From assembly GCA_002269645.1 (NCBI GenBank), contig NIVC01000083.1, forward strand, positions 124,001-188,000: a stretch of DNA of 64,000 bases, written 5' to 3'. Positions 50,220-62,640 of the stretch are shown piece by piece. Position numbers and translations under genes: made by a program. The stretch's first letter is position 1. The number at the start of each line of letters is the position of its first letter. Below the pieces are notes generated by a model that saw only the letters and a program-made list of their open reading frames with translations, was not told where the DNA came from and ran no database searches. The stretch is from Macrostomum lignano (Eukaryota).

Positions 50220-52303
50220 CTACAATTTAGCTTTGGGCGTCGAAACGTCAGCTTGGCTGGGACAAAGACGCGCCAAGACCACCGAGATGTCGTCCTCTTT
50301 GCCGCCAACGTACTTTAATCCGGCATCCTTGGCGCTCTGACAGAACGGCGAGAAATAGCTCTGCTCAGCTGACAGGTAAGTGGCTGCGTCTACAAGGATT
50401 CGAGAAGCCGCCTCCAGTGGTGGGCTGGCTTCAGTTTCAACTTCAGCACTCTCGTCTACTGTCGACTTCGTAGGTTGAGCAGCCGCTGCAGTCTTGGGCT
50501 CGGAGACTTTGATACGACTTGCCTGTTGGTTGAAACAAAACCGGAATACATAAAGACTGCTTGTCGGCAGGAGATCAAATGATAGTGAGGGGGTGGGTGC
50601 CGGCGGCGGCAGATCAAATGATAGTGAGGTGGGTTGGTACCGTCAAAGTACAATGTAGTGGAAGTCCCCTCAAGTTTTATTTAGGCTAGTTAAAGATGCT
50701 CTCTACTGCATTCCTAAAAAGGTCAAACCTGAAAGGCATGTCGAAAAATCTCCTCAATAGTTTTCTGGTAGAGGTTGTCCCACAGACCGTCAGTGGCCAT
50801 CAGTACAACGTCGCCGGGTTCCAAAACAATTGAATAGAGTTCACACTCTCCTGGCCTAAATAATTGTACGGTTTTAAATATAAAAAATTAACCATTTCAA
50901 AAGCGAAGAATTTAAGCTGGCGATGCTAACTTCACTTTTTTACCCTTTCTAACAGCCCATTGGCTGAACCGGATGCTCTTTGGTTGCAGCTACCACCCAC
51001 CGCACTCCCGACTCTATTCCGAACCCCCTAACTCGACGCTCATTGGCTGCAGCAATCCTTCCTTACCTTCCACCACCCACTTCACTCCTGATTCTATTCC
51101 AAACCCCTAACTCGACGCTCATTGGCTGTAGCAATCATTCCTAACCTTCCACCAACCACCTCACTCCCGACTCCATTCCAAACCCCTAACTCGACGCTCA
51201 TTGGCTGTAGAAATCATTCCTAACCTTCCACCACCCACCTCACTCCTGATTCGATTCCGAACCCCTAACTTGACGTTCATTGGCTGCGGCCAGCTATCGT
51301 TTTTTTTAACCCTCAGCTAATTAAATTGCTCTCACTTTGGATACTGCCCACTCAGCGCCTTGGGAAAGGCCAGCTGCATCGGGCAGTTAAACACACCGCC
51401 CATATTGGACTGAAATTGAGTCCGCATTCGCAGCTGAAACTCCGCGTCCATAACACACAGACCGCTGTCGCCCAGATTAGCCACATCCAGCCGGCGAGTT
51501 TCAGTCGAATATCGAGCCAGACAGACAGTTGTGGAGCCAATTAAATCGCGACGGCTGTTCAACAAGTCTCCGTGCGCTCGCGTCAGGAGCTCTTTCAAGG
51601 ACGTCGAAGCGTCGAATACTGAGCGACAGCCGTCGAGGAGGGCGAGCGACGCTTCGCCAGGATCGATACCCTGGTCGCGCCAGCCGCCGACACCGTCAGC
51701 GACGCCGAAATAGGAGAATTCGGCTGCGAGATAGGAGAGGAAACGAGCTGAGCAACTATAGGGTTTCACTCAGTGTGCAAGACTACAAATTGGAATTCTA
51801 CCCATCGGTATAATCAGCTTTATTTAGCTTGGGATTTTCTATAATTGACTCAGCAATCAGGACTCCCTGTGCCCTTTGCATACAGCCTGGGATTACCCAT
51901 AGAATCACTGCAGGATTTCCCTCCGTCACGTACAGCCTGGGATTTTCCTAAAATCAATGCGGGGTCCCCCTACGTCACGTACAGCCTGGGATTCCCTTGA
52001 AAATCCATGCGAGATTTCCATCACGTACAACCTGGGATTTCCCAAATCAGCATTCGGATTTCCCCCTTATCACAAACCATCGCAATCGCCGCCAGTTTGG
52101 CCAATCAGAATGGCGTCTTCGCCAATCTGCCGCACGCCGGACTGGCCCAGACCGAGTTCGACCATAGACAGTTCGGCTTCGTTTCCTTCTCCTCTCTTCT
52201 GTTGCTGCTGCTGCAGTTTGTACAGAGCCGGCCGACCCGAGGCGCAAAGCTGCAGCGCCGAGCTGGCGAATTTACGAATCGAGCCAGTCAACTGTTGCGT
52301 CAT
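50220..52303 (-). CDS. PPTC7: PP2C-family phosphatase, PTC7 type (about 347 aa); exons 52303-52078, 51723-51336, 50855-50729, 50522-50220
   Basis: Motifs GEDA, FGVADGVGGWRDQGIDPG, GSTTVC, VANLGDSG, FNCPMQL, GDVVLMATDGLWDNL, SPFCQSA and GGKEDDISVVLAR are characteristic of PTC7-like PPMs. Junctions are GT-AG and frame-consistent. Confidence 0.9.
50955..51290. repeat. 79-bp repeat (about 4.5 units) in PTC7 intron 2
   Basis: ACT(C/T)GACG(C/T)TCATTGGCTG recurs at 51031, 51110, 51189 and 51268. Confidence 0.9.
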
Positions 52304-52584
52304 CGCGTTTTGAGTTAGTTGCTAAGGGGAACGATTAACACGCTTTCCGCGACTTTGTCTGGAGTTCAAGTAAAACTTATTTCTTCAAAAAGCTGAATTT
52401 GAAGTTGAAAAAATGTTCAAGCAACAGTAATGTTAGTATATTGCACTTCTATGAGCTATAATTTTAATTACACTACTTACCAATAGTAGTTTGACAGATT
52501 GTTTGTTTGCTTTTTAATCTTGGGATTACTTTTAAGCACATATTTTGGGAATTTTTGAGACTGTTTGGAATACCTTAAGCCAGA

Positions 52585-52890
52585 AAATGGCGATTCTAAT
52601 GGGCAGTTTATGGCGATTCTTATGGATAGTTTATGGCGATTCTTATGGGCAGTTTAAGGCGATTCTTATGGGTAGTTTATGGCGATTCTTATGGGTAGTT
52701 TATGGCGATTCTTATGGGTAGTTTATGGCGGTTCTTATGGGTAGTTTATGGCGATTCTTGCGGAGATTTTATGCCGATTATTATGGGAAGTTTATGGCGA
52801 TTATTATGGGAAGTTTATGGCGATTATTATGGGAAGTTTATGGCGATTATTATGGGCAGTTTAATGGTGATTATTATGGGCAGTTTAAGG
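52585..52890. repeat. 23-bp minisatellite (ATGGCGATTCTTATGGGTAGTTT)
   Basis: Visible tandem units. Confidence 0.92.
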
Positions 52891-53999
52891 TAGTTATATT
52901 AAGGTCACCTTTCCACCAGTTATACACAGCCAACTCTCAACTCCAATAAAAGGAACTCGGAAGGACCGGTAACTCTAGAAAAGAATCGATCGGTGCGGTA
53001 CACACGATATGTACACTTAGCAACAATTTTATTCATCTCAACAAAATCAAGTGCAAAAATGTATCAGGTACAAGCAAAACATTTTACAAAGCAAGTATTA
53101 TTGTTTCTTTATAAAAAAAACTCTGTCATTTTCAATGCATTTTTACTACAAGTAGCCAGATCAGCAAATGTTGACAATTTCTATAACAAACTGATTGCTT
53201 TTGTGCAAATTTAAAATTGACTTGAAACTATTCATTTCTATTTAACAATCTTCTCTAACTCCAAGCAGTTGGTGTTGAAAAAACAGTGTGAGAAAGTGAC
53301 CGAAGACGAACTTAAAGAGGCTGTCAGTCTCCCAAGGTTCGAATCGTTTTTCGCTCTTCACCTTTCAGCCAGCAAGCAGTTCCAGATGACCAGGTCAGGT
53401 TTAGAGGATTCGGGACTGACAGGGACAGAAAGAATGGCTGGTCCCGAACTTCTTTAATAACAATCCTCGGATCCCACACCGACCGAGGAACCGATACAAG
53501 GGCTGGGGGGGGGTCTTTGACCAACTTGATTAGTCACTGGAAACAGGGTCCACCGGAAAGATTGCGACCAAAACATTCGCCTCCCCCATCAGCCTTAGCA
53601 ACTCGGGTTCCAGAAATCCAGACGCTAGACGGCCTGGTCAACATCTGCTTTTTTGTTAGCGCCTATTTTTTTTAACTTTAACCCAGCCCTCCCTCGCAAG
53701 ACATCCTTCGCGGCTTTGTCCATCAGGACAGACCGTTCGAATTCCCTATAGACAAGAATTTCTCCCAGCAGGCGGCAAGAGGTGTTGTAATGAAGACGCC
53801 GTTTACCAGCCCTCAAAGACATCGTTTTCTCTCTCACAATTTTAGGCGTCAAAAAATTGTTTGAAAACATGACAACTTTGAAACAGGCTTGAAATTCTTT
53901 TGTTACTTTCTCACGAGAGTGTTGAAATCGTTAAACAATAAAGGGTGCCTTGGTTGTGGGAAATTTTCCAATGGGAAAAGTGAGATTTAGTGGCATTTA

Positions 54000-54722
54000 G
54001 TGGGCCATCTTCAAGTTCAAACAATTGGCGCCATCTTCAAATTCAAACAATTGGCGCCACCTTCAAATTCAAACAATTGGCGCCACCTTCAAATTCAAAC
54101 AATTGGCGCCACCTTCAAATTCAAACAATTGGCGCCACCTTCAAATTCGAATAATTGGCGCCACCTTCAAATTCAAACAATTGGCGCCACCTTCAAATTC
54201 GAATAATTGGCGCCACCTTAAAATTCAAATAGTTGGCGCCACCTTCAAATTTGCATAATTGGCGCCACCTTCAAATTTGCATAATTGGCGCCACCTTAAA
54301 ATTCAAATAATGGGCTCCAAATTCAAATTCGAATAATTGGCGCCACCTTCAAATTTGCATAATTGGCGCCACCTTCAAATTTGCATAATTGGCGCCACCT
54401 TAAAATTCAAATAATGGGCTCCAAATTCAAATTCGAATAATTGGCGCCACCATCAAATTTGCATAATTGGCGCCACCTTCAAATTCAAACAATTAGCGCC
54501 ACCTTCAAATTTGCATAATTGGCGCCATCTTAAAATTTAAATAATAGGCTCCAAATTCAAATTCGAATAATTGGCGCCACCATCAAATTTGCATAATTGG
54601 CGCCATCTTCAAATTCGAATAATTGGCGCCACCTTCAAATTCAAACAATTGGCGCCACCTTAAAATTCAAATAATTGGCTCCAAATTCAAAATCGAATAA
54701 TTTGCGCCACCTTAAAATTCAA
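54000..54722. repeat. 26-bp minisatellite (AATTGGCGCCACCTTCAAATTCAAAC)
   Basis: Visible tandem units. Confidence 0.95.
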
Positions 54723-54979
54723 AGCAAAGTACAATCCACACGCACAAGTATAGGAAGAAATTACCAATATGATTGCACACTGGGCCCGCAAGATCAGATA
54801 GCCAGAACTAAATTGCTTATAAAAGTATAAAAGACAGGTAAAAAACACTCGCACAAAACATTAAACACTAGCGATTATTAAGGTTAACAAGCAATTTGCT
54901 TCAGTTGAAAGCGCGCGCCAAGCTGATTGTGATATATGGATGCATCTTTAATCCTTTTATTAATCCGTTGATTCAGAGA

Positions 54980-57900
54980 CTAAACCAGGTAGCCATCAGA
55001 ATACGGTGTCGCTTCGTACACGTGCAACTGCAATTTCTCAATGGCGCCCAGCAGTCGTTTCTGATGTGCGGCAGACGAGATGCCCATCGCGGCGAGGTCA
55101 GTCGAGGTCAGCCGAGGCACCAGCTCCATAGAGTGCACGCCGTACTGATAAAACGCATCGGCGTAACGCTCCAAGCGCAGATTGGTGAGCCACTGGCGCA
55201 GGCTGGCGTAACGCCGGCCGGGTATTGACTGAGTGGGCGGCTCGTAGATCGGCCTGCGGTTGGAGGTTGGGGTGGCTGGCTGGAATATTCCTGCTGCCCC
55301 CAGTCGCCAACTGAGTACGTTCAGCACCCACCCCTCCTCCGTCAGTCTCTCTCTGTCCCTCTTATCTAAGTACACTGAACCCTACACCCACCCCACCTCC
55401 GTCAGTCTCTCTCTGTCCCTCTTATCTAAGTACACTGAACCCTATACCCACCCCACCTCTGCCAGCCTCTCTGCCCCTCTTATCTAAGTACACTGAACCC
55501 TACACCCACCCCACCTCCGCCAGTCTCTCTCTGCCCCCCCATAGATAGGTAGACATTCAGGCCCACCCCTGAATATAGGGATTTTCTATCTCTCGTGTAC
55601 AAATACACCGTATACAACGGATGCCACTCACCTGGCTCTCTGACACGTAAGCAACTCAGGCTGATGTAGCAACCGATCCAGCGCTCGAACCAGAGCGGGA
55701 AATTTCGGCCTCTCAGTTCGATCCCATTTCCAACAGTCCAGCATGAGCAGGTGCACAGATTCCGGGCAGTCCATGGGCGGTGGCAGCCGGTAGCCGTTCT
55801 CAACCGCCGCGATCACATCCTGATTAGTCCAATTCCAATACGGCCTCTCGCCGAACGACATCACCTCCCACATGACGATGCCGAAGCTCCAGACGTCGGT
55901 CGCCGAGGTGAACTTTCGAAAATGGATGGCCTCTGGAGCTGTCCACCTGATTGGGATCTTGCCGCCCCTAGTTGTGTACGTGCCTCCCAGACCGTCGCCG
56001 CCAACGCCGGTGCCACCGCCGACGCCGTTGCCGCCAAGGTTGTCGACAACTTCGCGGGACAAGCCGAAATCGGCGACTTTGCAGACGAGCTGCTGGCTAA
56101 CCAGGATGTTGCGGGCGGCCAAGTCGCGGTGGATGTAGCCCAGATCGCTGAGGTAGCGCATGCCGCTGCAGACTCCGCGGAGCATCCCAACCAGCTGGTG
56201 ACAGCTCAGCTGACCGTCGTGCGCCTGCGGCATTAGGGGGTAGAGTTTGTCTTGGAGTTTAGGGTAGACTTTGGGGTAGAGTGTGGGTTGAGTGTGAAGT
56301 TGAGGATGGGGTAGAGTGTAGGGTAGAGTTTTGGGTAGAGTTTAGGGTATTAGTATGGGTTAAAGTTTGGGGATGAGCTTGGGGTAGAGTATGGGTTAGA
56401 GTTATGGGTAGAGTATGGGGGAGAGTTTGGGGTGGAGCATTGTATAGAGTATGGAGTAGAGTCTGTGGGTAGATTTTGGGTAGGGTATGGAGTAGAGTTT
56501 GTGGGTAGATTTTGGGTAGGGTATGGAGTAGAGTTTGTGGGTAAATTTTGGGTAGGGTATGGAGTAGATTCTGTGGGTAGATTTTGGGTAGGGTGTGGAG
56601 TAGAGTTTGTGGGTAGATTTTGGGTAGGGTATGGAGTAGATTCTGTGGGTAGATTTTGGGTAGGGTATGGAGTACAGTTTGTGGGTAGAGTTTCTATATT
56701 TCTATATTTCTATATTCTACTGTCTACATTGCCCTCCCTCTTAACTGCGCGCAATATCATAATATTCTTCCAATCTTCCATAGCATAATATTCTTTACAA
56801 GCATAAATACCCCCCCCCCACTTCATGCACAGAACGCGCAGCTCCAATAATATAGCTATCTTCTTCTATGTATAACTATACAGAAGATTCGGTAAGGACA
56901 CTGGATCGCCGTTCCATCATTGCTCAGTGAAGAGCCTGGCCTGTCAAAAGGAAATTGATGAGAAAGCCGGTCAGACGGCCGAAATGAGGCCAGCGAAGGC
57001 AGACAAGAGAATTAAGGCATAATTGACTATTAAAAAATTAACGAATAGCCACGCTAAGACCAGGAAGGAATCTCTCGCTCGTTATTCCTCAAGTCGGTCT
57101 GGGTATGGCAAGGAGTTCTAGGCCTAGAATTTGGATTTTCAATTCTTAACCATCCTGGAAATGGATCGCTTTCACAAGCTCGAAATTTCACAAGCTCGAA
57201 ATTTCACAAGCTCGAGATTTCACAAGCTCGAGATTTCACACGCTCGAGAGTTCACAAGCTCGAGAGCTCACAAGCTCGAGATTTCACAAGCTCGAGATTT
57301 CACAAGCTCGAGAGCTCACAAGCTCCAAGCTTCACTTAACCTCAACTTGTACAAAACCGAGGATTTTTGCAATTTCTAAGAGTGAACATTTTCCAGATAC
57401 GATTTGTTTTTAGAATTCCTTGAATAATACGACTCGACGCTCTAGATAGGGAATTGAAGGATTTTCCCTGGAGGCCAGACGATCTTAATGATTGATGCGA
57501 GAGGAAGAGAGAGAGAGAGAGGGGAGACAGCAACAGACCGCCAGAGACACGCGCGGTGCTTGTTGATCATTTCTATCGGCGATACACATGCTTCAGTCTC
57601 TCTGCGCTTCCACATCTCAGCTCTATACAATAGCTTGTTAAAACTCGAGGCGAGACACATCGGGGATCAGAGTGATGAGGCTATGGAGATGAGTGGGCAT
57701 TACGCAACCATCCCCAGCCAGAACAGCCCCAGAGTATTGCGTACAATTTAATACTAGTAGAGGCAAATGTTGAAATCAAATCGATTGAGATACTGGGTGG
57801 AGATAGAGAGTGTTCGTGAAAGCGGTGGGACTCTTAGTCCTACTTGGCGCCAATGCTGACTCTCATTCTGGCGCCACTACTGACTCTCATTTTGGTGCCA

Positions 57901-60900
57901 ATGCTGACTCTCATTCTAGCGCCCCATCTGACTCTCATTCTAGCGCCCCATCTGACTTTCATTCTAGCGCCATAACTGACTCTTTAGCGTCACTACTGAC
58001 TCTCTTAGTTGAGCACCGTGACCTTATAAATACACGATTCTCACCCTCAGGAACACGTCCAACGATCCATTGGCCATATACTCGGTCACAATCATGTTGG
58101 GGTGACTGCGAGTGACAACGCCCTCCAGGTAGATCACGTTTGGATCGTCGAACTGACCCATTATCGACGCCTCGGTGAGAAAGTCCAGCTTGTTTTTATC
58201 CGAGGCGCCGGGTTTCAGAGTTTTCACGGCAACAGACTGGGGCTCGCGCCCTGGCGCGGTCAGAAGGCCTTTGCAGACGTCGCCGAATTCACCGCCGCCC
58301 AAGACGGACTCGATGGCGATCCAGGAGGCGTCGATCTCTTTAGCGAACTCCTGCAGCGCTAGGCTGGGGTCTTCGTACGTGTGAGGATCCACGTAGGACT
58401 TCAGGTGCTGCGGCAAATGCAGGCCCAGGGGTACTGTAGGGCGGCGGCGTGGGTGTAAGATGGATAGATAGATGAGTAGATAGATGGGTAGATAGATGGG
58501 TAGATAGATGGTAGATAAATAGATGGGTAGATAGATGGGTAGATAGATGGGTAGATAGATAGATGGGTAGATAGATAGATGTGTAGATGGATGGGTAGAT
58601 AGATAGATGGGTGGATAGATAGATGGGTAGATGGATGGGTAGATAGATGGGTAGATAGATGGGTAGATAGATGGGTAGATGGATGGGTAGATAGATAGAT
58701 GGGTAGATGGATGGGTAGATAGATAGATGGGTAGATAGATAGATGTGTAGATGGATGGGTAGATAGATAGATGGGTAGATAGATAGATGGGTAGATAGAT
58801 GGGTAGATAGATGGGTAGATAGATGGGTAGATGAATGGGTAGATAGATAGATGGGTAGATAGATGGGTAGATTGATGGGTAGATAGATGGGTAGATTGAT
58901 GGGTAGATAGATAGATGGGTAGATAGATAGATGTGTAGATGGATGGGTAGATGGATGGGTAGATAGATAGATGGGTAGATAGATAGATGGGTAGATAGAT
59001 GGGTAGATAGATAGATGGGTAGATAGATAGATGGGTAGATGGATGGGTAGATAGATGGGTAGATAGATAGATGGGTAGATAGATGGGTAGATAGATAGAT
59101 GGGTAGATAGATAGATGTATAGATAGATGGTAGATTGGTCGCAAGATTGATTAGTCATTGGTAGATGAATTGGCAGTTGAATTGGTAGATAAATAGATAG
59201 ATAATTAGTCGTTAAGATGCACAATTGCATTACAAAAGTTTTGGTAAGAAAACTAATATGGCATGAATTATAAATCGGATATCGACCGAGAACTACATAC
59301 GAGCTAAATAGGGCTTTTCCAGCAGCAACAGGCAACACTACATCGTAATCGTAACATTGATATTTTGCATTTAATTTTGCTTTTGCACCGTAATAAATAT
59401 CAGGGTGAATTTATTATTTATTGTATTTGTTTACAATTTATAACGATACTTGAAAAATCGTCTCAACTACAATTCTACACCCACCTCACTCCAATCTACA
59501 TCCACCCCACTCCAATCTACACCCACCCACTCCAATCTACACCCACCCCACTCCAATCTACACCCACCCCACTCCAATCTACACCCACCTCACTCCAATC
59601 TACACCCACCTCACTATAATCTACATCCACCTCACTCCAATCTACACCCACCTCACTCCAATCTACACCCACCCCACTCCAATCTACACTCACCTCACTC
59701 CAATCTACACTCACCTCACTCCAATCTACACCCACCCCACTCCAATCTACACCCACCCCACTCCAATCTACACCCACCTCACTCCAATCTACACCCACCT
59801 CACTATAATCTACATCCACCTCACTCCAATCTACACCCACCCCACTCCAATCTACACTCACCTCACTCCAATCTACACTCACCTCACTCCAATCTACACC
59901 CACCTCACTCCAATCTACACTCACTTCACTTAAATCTACACCCACCCCACTCCAATCTACACCCACCTCACTCCAATCTACACTTACCTAACCACAATCA
60001 ATAATAAACTTTTTACTACAAGAAAATTCAAAAAAAGGTATGGTAATACACGAACAAACAACAAATAACTTGATGATGCTTAAGCATTATTACATATGCA
60101 AACAACGACCAACCAGTACCGGCATGAAATTGCTACATATAAATTGGACAGTAACCAATGCCGCTTATAAATTGATACATTGACTCACTAGAACCCCTAG
60201 CAGCATAAGCCAGAGAGCAGGCGCCTGCAGAAGCGAACAGACAGCGATAGACACTAAGTGCATTTTATATATTTCACTACGCAACATATCGGCAAGCTTA
60301 ACCATCTTCTATATACAGGACTAAGCTAAAAGCTAATTGCACACAATTGTTACTCACTGTTGCTATAGGGCAGCATGTTGCAGTCCAGCGCCGAGGATGC
60401 GGCGCCGCCTGAGTTGGCGCCACCTTGCGATGCTTTATCGCCTGTCATCAGCTTTCTGCGAAACGGGAAAAGCAATTTAGTGAGGGGCTTAATTTAGTAG
60501 AGAAGTTGGAGTAGATGACAGGCATGGGAAAGGGATAGAAAGAAGAGATATGAGAGAGTAGAGAGGAGAGGGGTACAGATAGAGGGAGAGAGGAGATGGG
60601 TAGAAATGAGAGGAAGAGAGAGGAGAGGGGTAGAAATGAGAGGAAGAGAGAGAAGAGAGTGAGAGATGAGAGGGAGAGAGAGGAGAGGGGTAGAGATGAG
60701 AGGAAGAGAGAGAAGAGAGTGAGAGATGAGAGGGAGAGAGAGGAGAGGGGTAGAGAAGAGAGGGGTAGAGAAGAGAGTGAGAGATGAGAGGGAGAGAGAG
60801 GAGAGGGGTAGAGAAGAGAGGGGTAGAGAAGAGAGTGAGAGATGAGAGGGAGAGAGAGGAGAGGGGTAGAGAAGAGAGGGGTAGAGAAGAGAGTGAGAGA

Positions 60901-62640
60901 TGAGAGGGAGAGAGAGGAGAGGGGTAGAGAAGAGAGGGGTAGAGAAGAGAGTGAGAGAGGAGAGGGAGAGAGAGGAGAGGGGTAGAGAAGAGAGGGGTAG
61001 AGAAGAGAGTGAGAGATGAGAGGGAGAGAGAGGAGAGGGGTAGAGAAGAGAGGGGTAGAGAAGAGAGTGAGAGAGGAGAGGGAGAGAGAGGAGAGGGGTA
61101 GAGAAGAGAGGGGTAGAGAAGAGAGTGAGAGAGGAGATGGAGAGAAAGGAGAAGGGTAGAGAGGAGAGGGGTAGAGATGAGAGGGGTAGAGAAGAGAGTG
61201 AGAGAGGAGAGGGAGAGAGAGGAGAGGGGTAGAGAAGAGAGGGGTAGAGAAGAGAGTGAGAGATGAGAGGGAGAGAGAGGAGAGGGGTAGAGAAGAGAGG
61301 GAGAGAGATGAGAGGGGTAGAAATAGAGGAAGAGAGATGAGAGGGAGAGACGAGAGAGGTAGAGAAGAGAGTGAGAGATGAGAGGGAGAGAGAAGAGAGG
61401 AGAGGGGTAGAGAAGAGAGGGGTAGATGTGAGAGGCAGAGATATGATAGGGATAGAGCAGATCGAGTCAGAGATAGTATAGGAGTCGGAGAGGAAGATTA
61501 GAGAAGAAACCGATAGAGAACACAAGAGGACGCTAAGACAGACTGGCAGACAGATAGAAGAAGTCTATCAAAGAATTATTTCACCAGATCAAACTCAATC
61601 GAAATCTCCGCTGTCTTTATTGGCAGAAGAGAAGTTAATTAAAAATCAGGGGCCCAGGAGGGTACGATGAAGAGGGTAGAGAGCGGGTGTATGTATAAGG
61701 TCCGGTTGCATCATCAAGGGTCAGCGGTAGCCAGCATAGGGCTTGGGCAAATCTTGCTTTGACCTCGCGATAAATTGTTAACCAAATGCCTGCGCTCGTT
61801 CGTTCGTTGCCGCATTTCGGCACAAAATCTAATCTATTTTTCTATTTCGTCCAATTCTCGGACACAGAGAGAGAGAGAAAATGTGTGTGCGCTTCGATGA
61901 GCACTGATAGATTGATAGATAGGATTGGAATTAGTTCAAAGTGATAACAGTAATGATTTTGTCCCTATTGATAAGGAATAGGTTTGAATCTTTTTGGTGT
62001 GACAGCTGTTAGTTTAGGTAGCTTATTGGTTGGGTAGTTAGTGGGGTAGGCAGATTAGTAGTCAGTTGGGTAGGCAGATTGGTAGACAGTTGGGTAGGTA
62101 GATTGGTAGACAGTTGGGTAGGTAGATTGGTAGATGGGTAGGGGCAGATTGTTAGATAATTGGGTAGGGGCAGATTGGTAGACAGTTGGGTAGGCAGATT
62201 GGTAGACAATTGGGTAGGGGTAGATTGGTAGACAGTTGGGTAGGCAGATTGGTAGACAGTTGGGTAGGTAGATTGGTAGACAGTTGGGTAGGGGCAGATT
62301 GGTAGACAGTTGGGCAGGCAGATTGGTAGACAGTTGGGTAGGCACATTGGTAGACAGTTGGGTAGGAAAATTGGTAGACAGTTGGGTAGGCACATTGGTA
62401 GACAGTGGGGTAGGCAAATTGGTAGACAGTTGGGTAGGCAGATTGGTAGACGGTAGACAGCTCACCTTCCAAACGGCAGCAAATGACCCCGCCGGCTCAT
62501 GAGTATGATCATAGTCAGGACAATGACTAGGCACAATAGCACCGCCACCACAGCGCCAATTATGATATTAACGTTGGCGCCATTGCCGGCGCCATTTCCA
62601 GCGCCGCTATCCGTGGCGCCAGTTCCGCCAAGATTTTCGG
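54980..62640 (-). CDS. Eph: Eph receptor tyrosine kinase, TM-to-C-terminus part; exons 62640-62466 (TM), 60455-60358, 58433-58045, 56224-55632, 55310-54980 (SAM + PDZ motif); ectodomain exons not identified in the window
   Basis: TM: [23 protein letters not shown]. Juxtamembrane: [12 protein letters not shown]. Kinase: [80 protein letters not shown]. The SAM domain ([15 protein letters not shown]) and terminal GYLV* follow. All five exons are frame-consistent. Confidence 0.95.
55323..55535. repeat. About 60-bp repeat (4 units) in the last Eph intron
   Basis: TCTTATCTAAGTACACTGAACCCTA recurs three times. Confidence 0.88.
56240..56690. repeat. GGGTAGAG-rich repeat grading into a 30-bp unit, Eph intron
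   Basis: Visible. Confidence 0.88.
57170..57328. repeat. 16-bp minisatellite (CACAAGCTCGAGATTT), Eph intron
   Basis: Visible tandem units. Confidence 0.9.
57840..58010. repeat. 24-bp minisatellite (GCCAATGCTGACTCTCATTCTAGC), Eph intron
   Basis: Visible degenerate tandem units. Confidence 0.85.
58460..59135. repeat. (GATA/GGGTA) compound microsatellite, 12-bp unit GATAGATGGGTA
   Basis: Visible. Confidence 0.95.
59470..59990. repeat. 21-bp minisatellite (CACCCACCTCACTCCAATCTA)
   Basis: Visible tandem units. Confidence 0.95.
60520..61440. repeat. GA-rich compound repeat, Eph intron
   Basis: Visible. Confidence 0.93.
62010..62455. repeat. 24-bp minisatellite (GTAGACAGTTGGGTAGGCAGATTG), Eph intron
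   Basis: Visible tandem units running to within a few bases of the donor. Confidence 0.93.
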
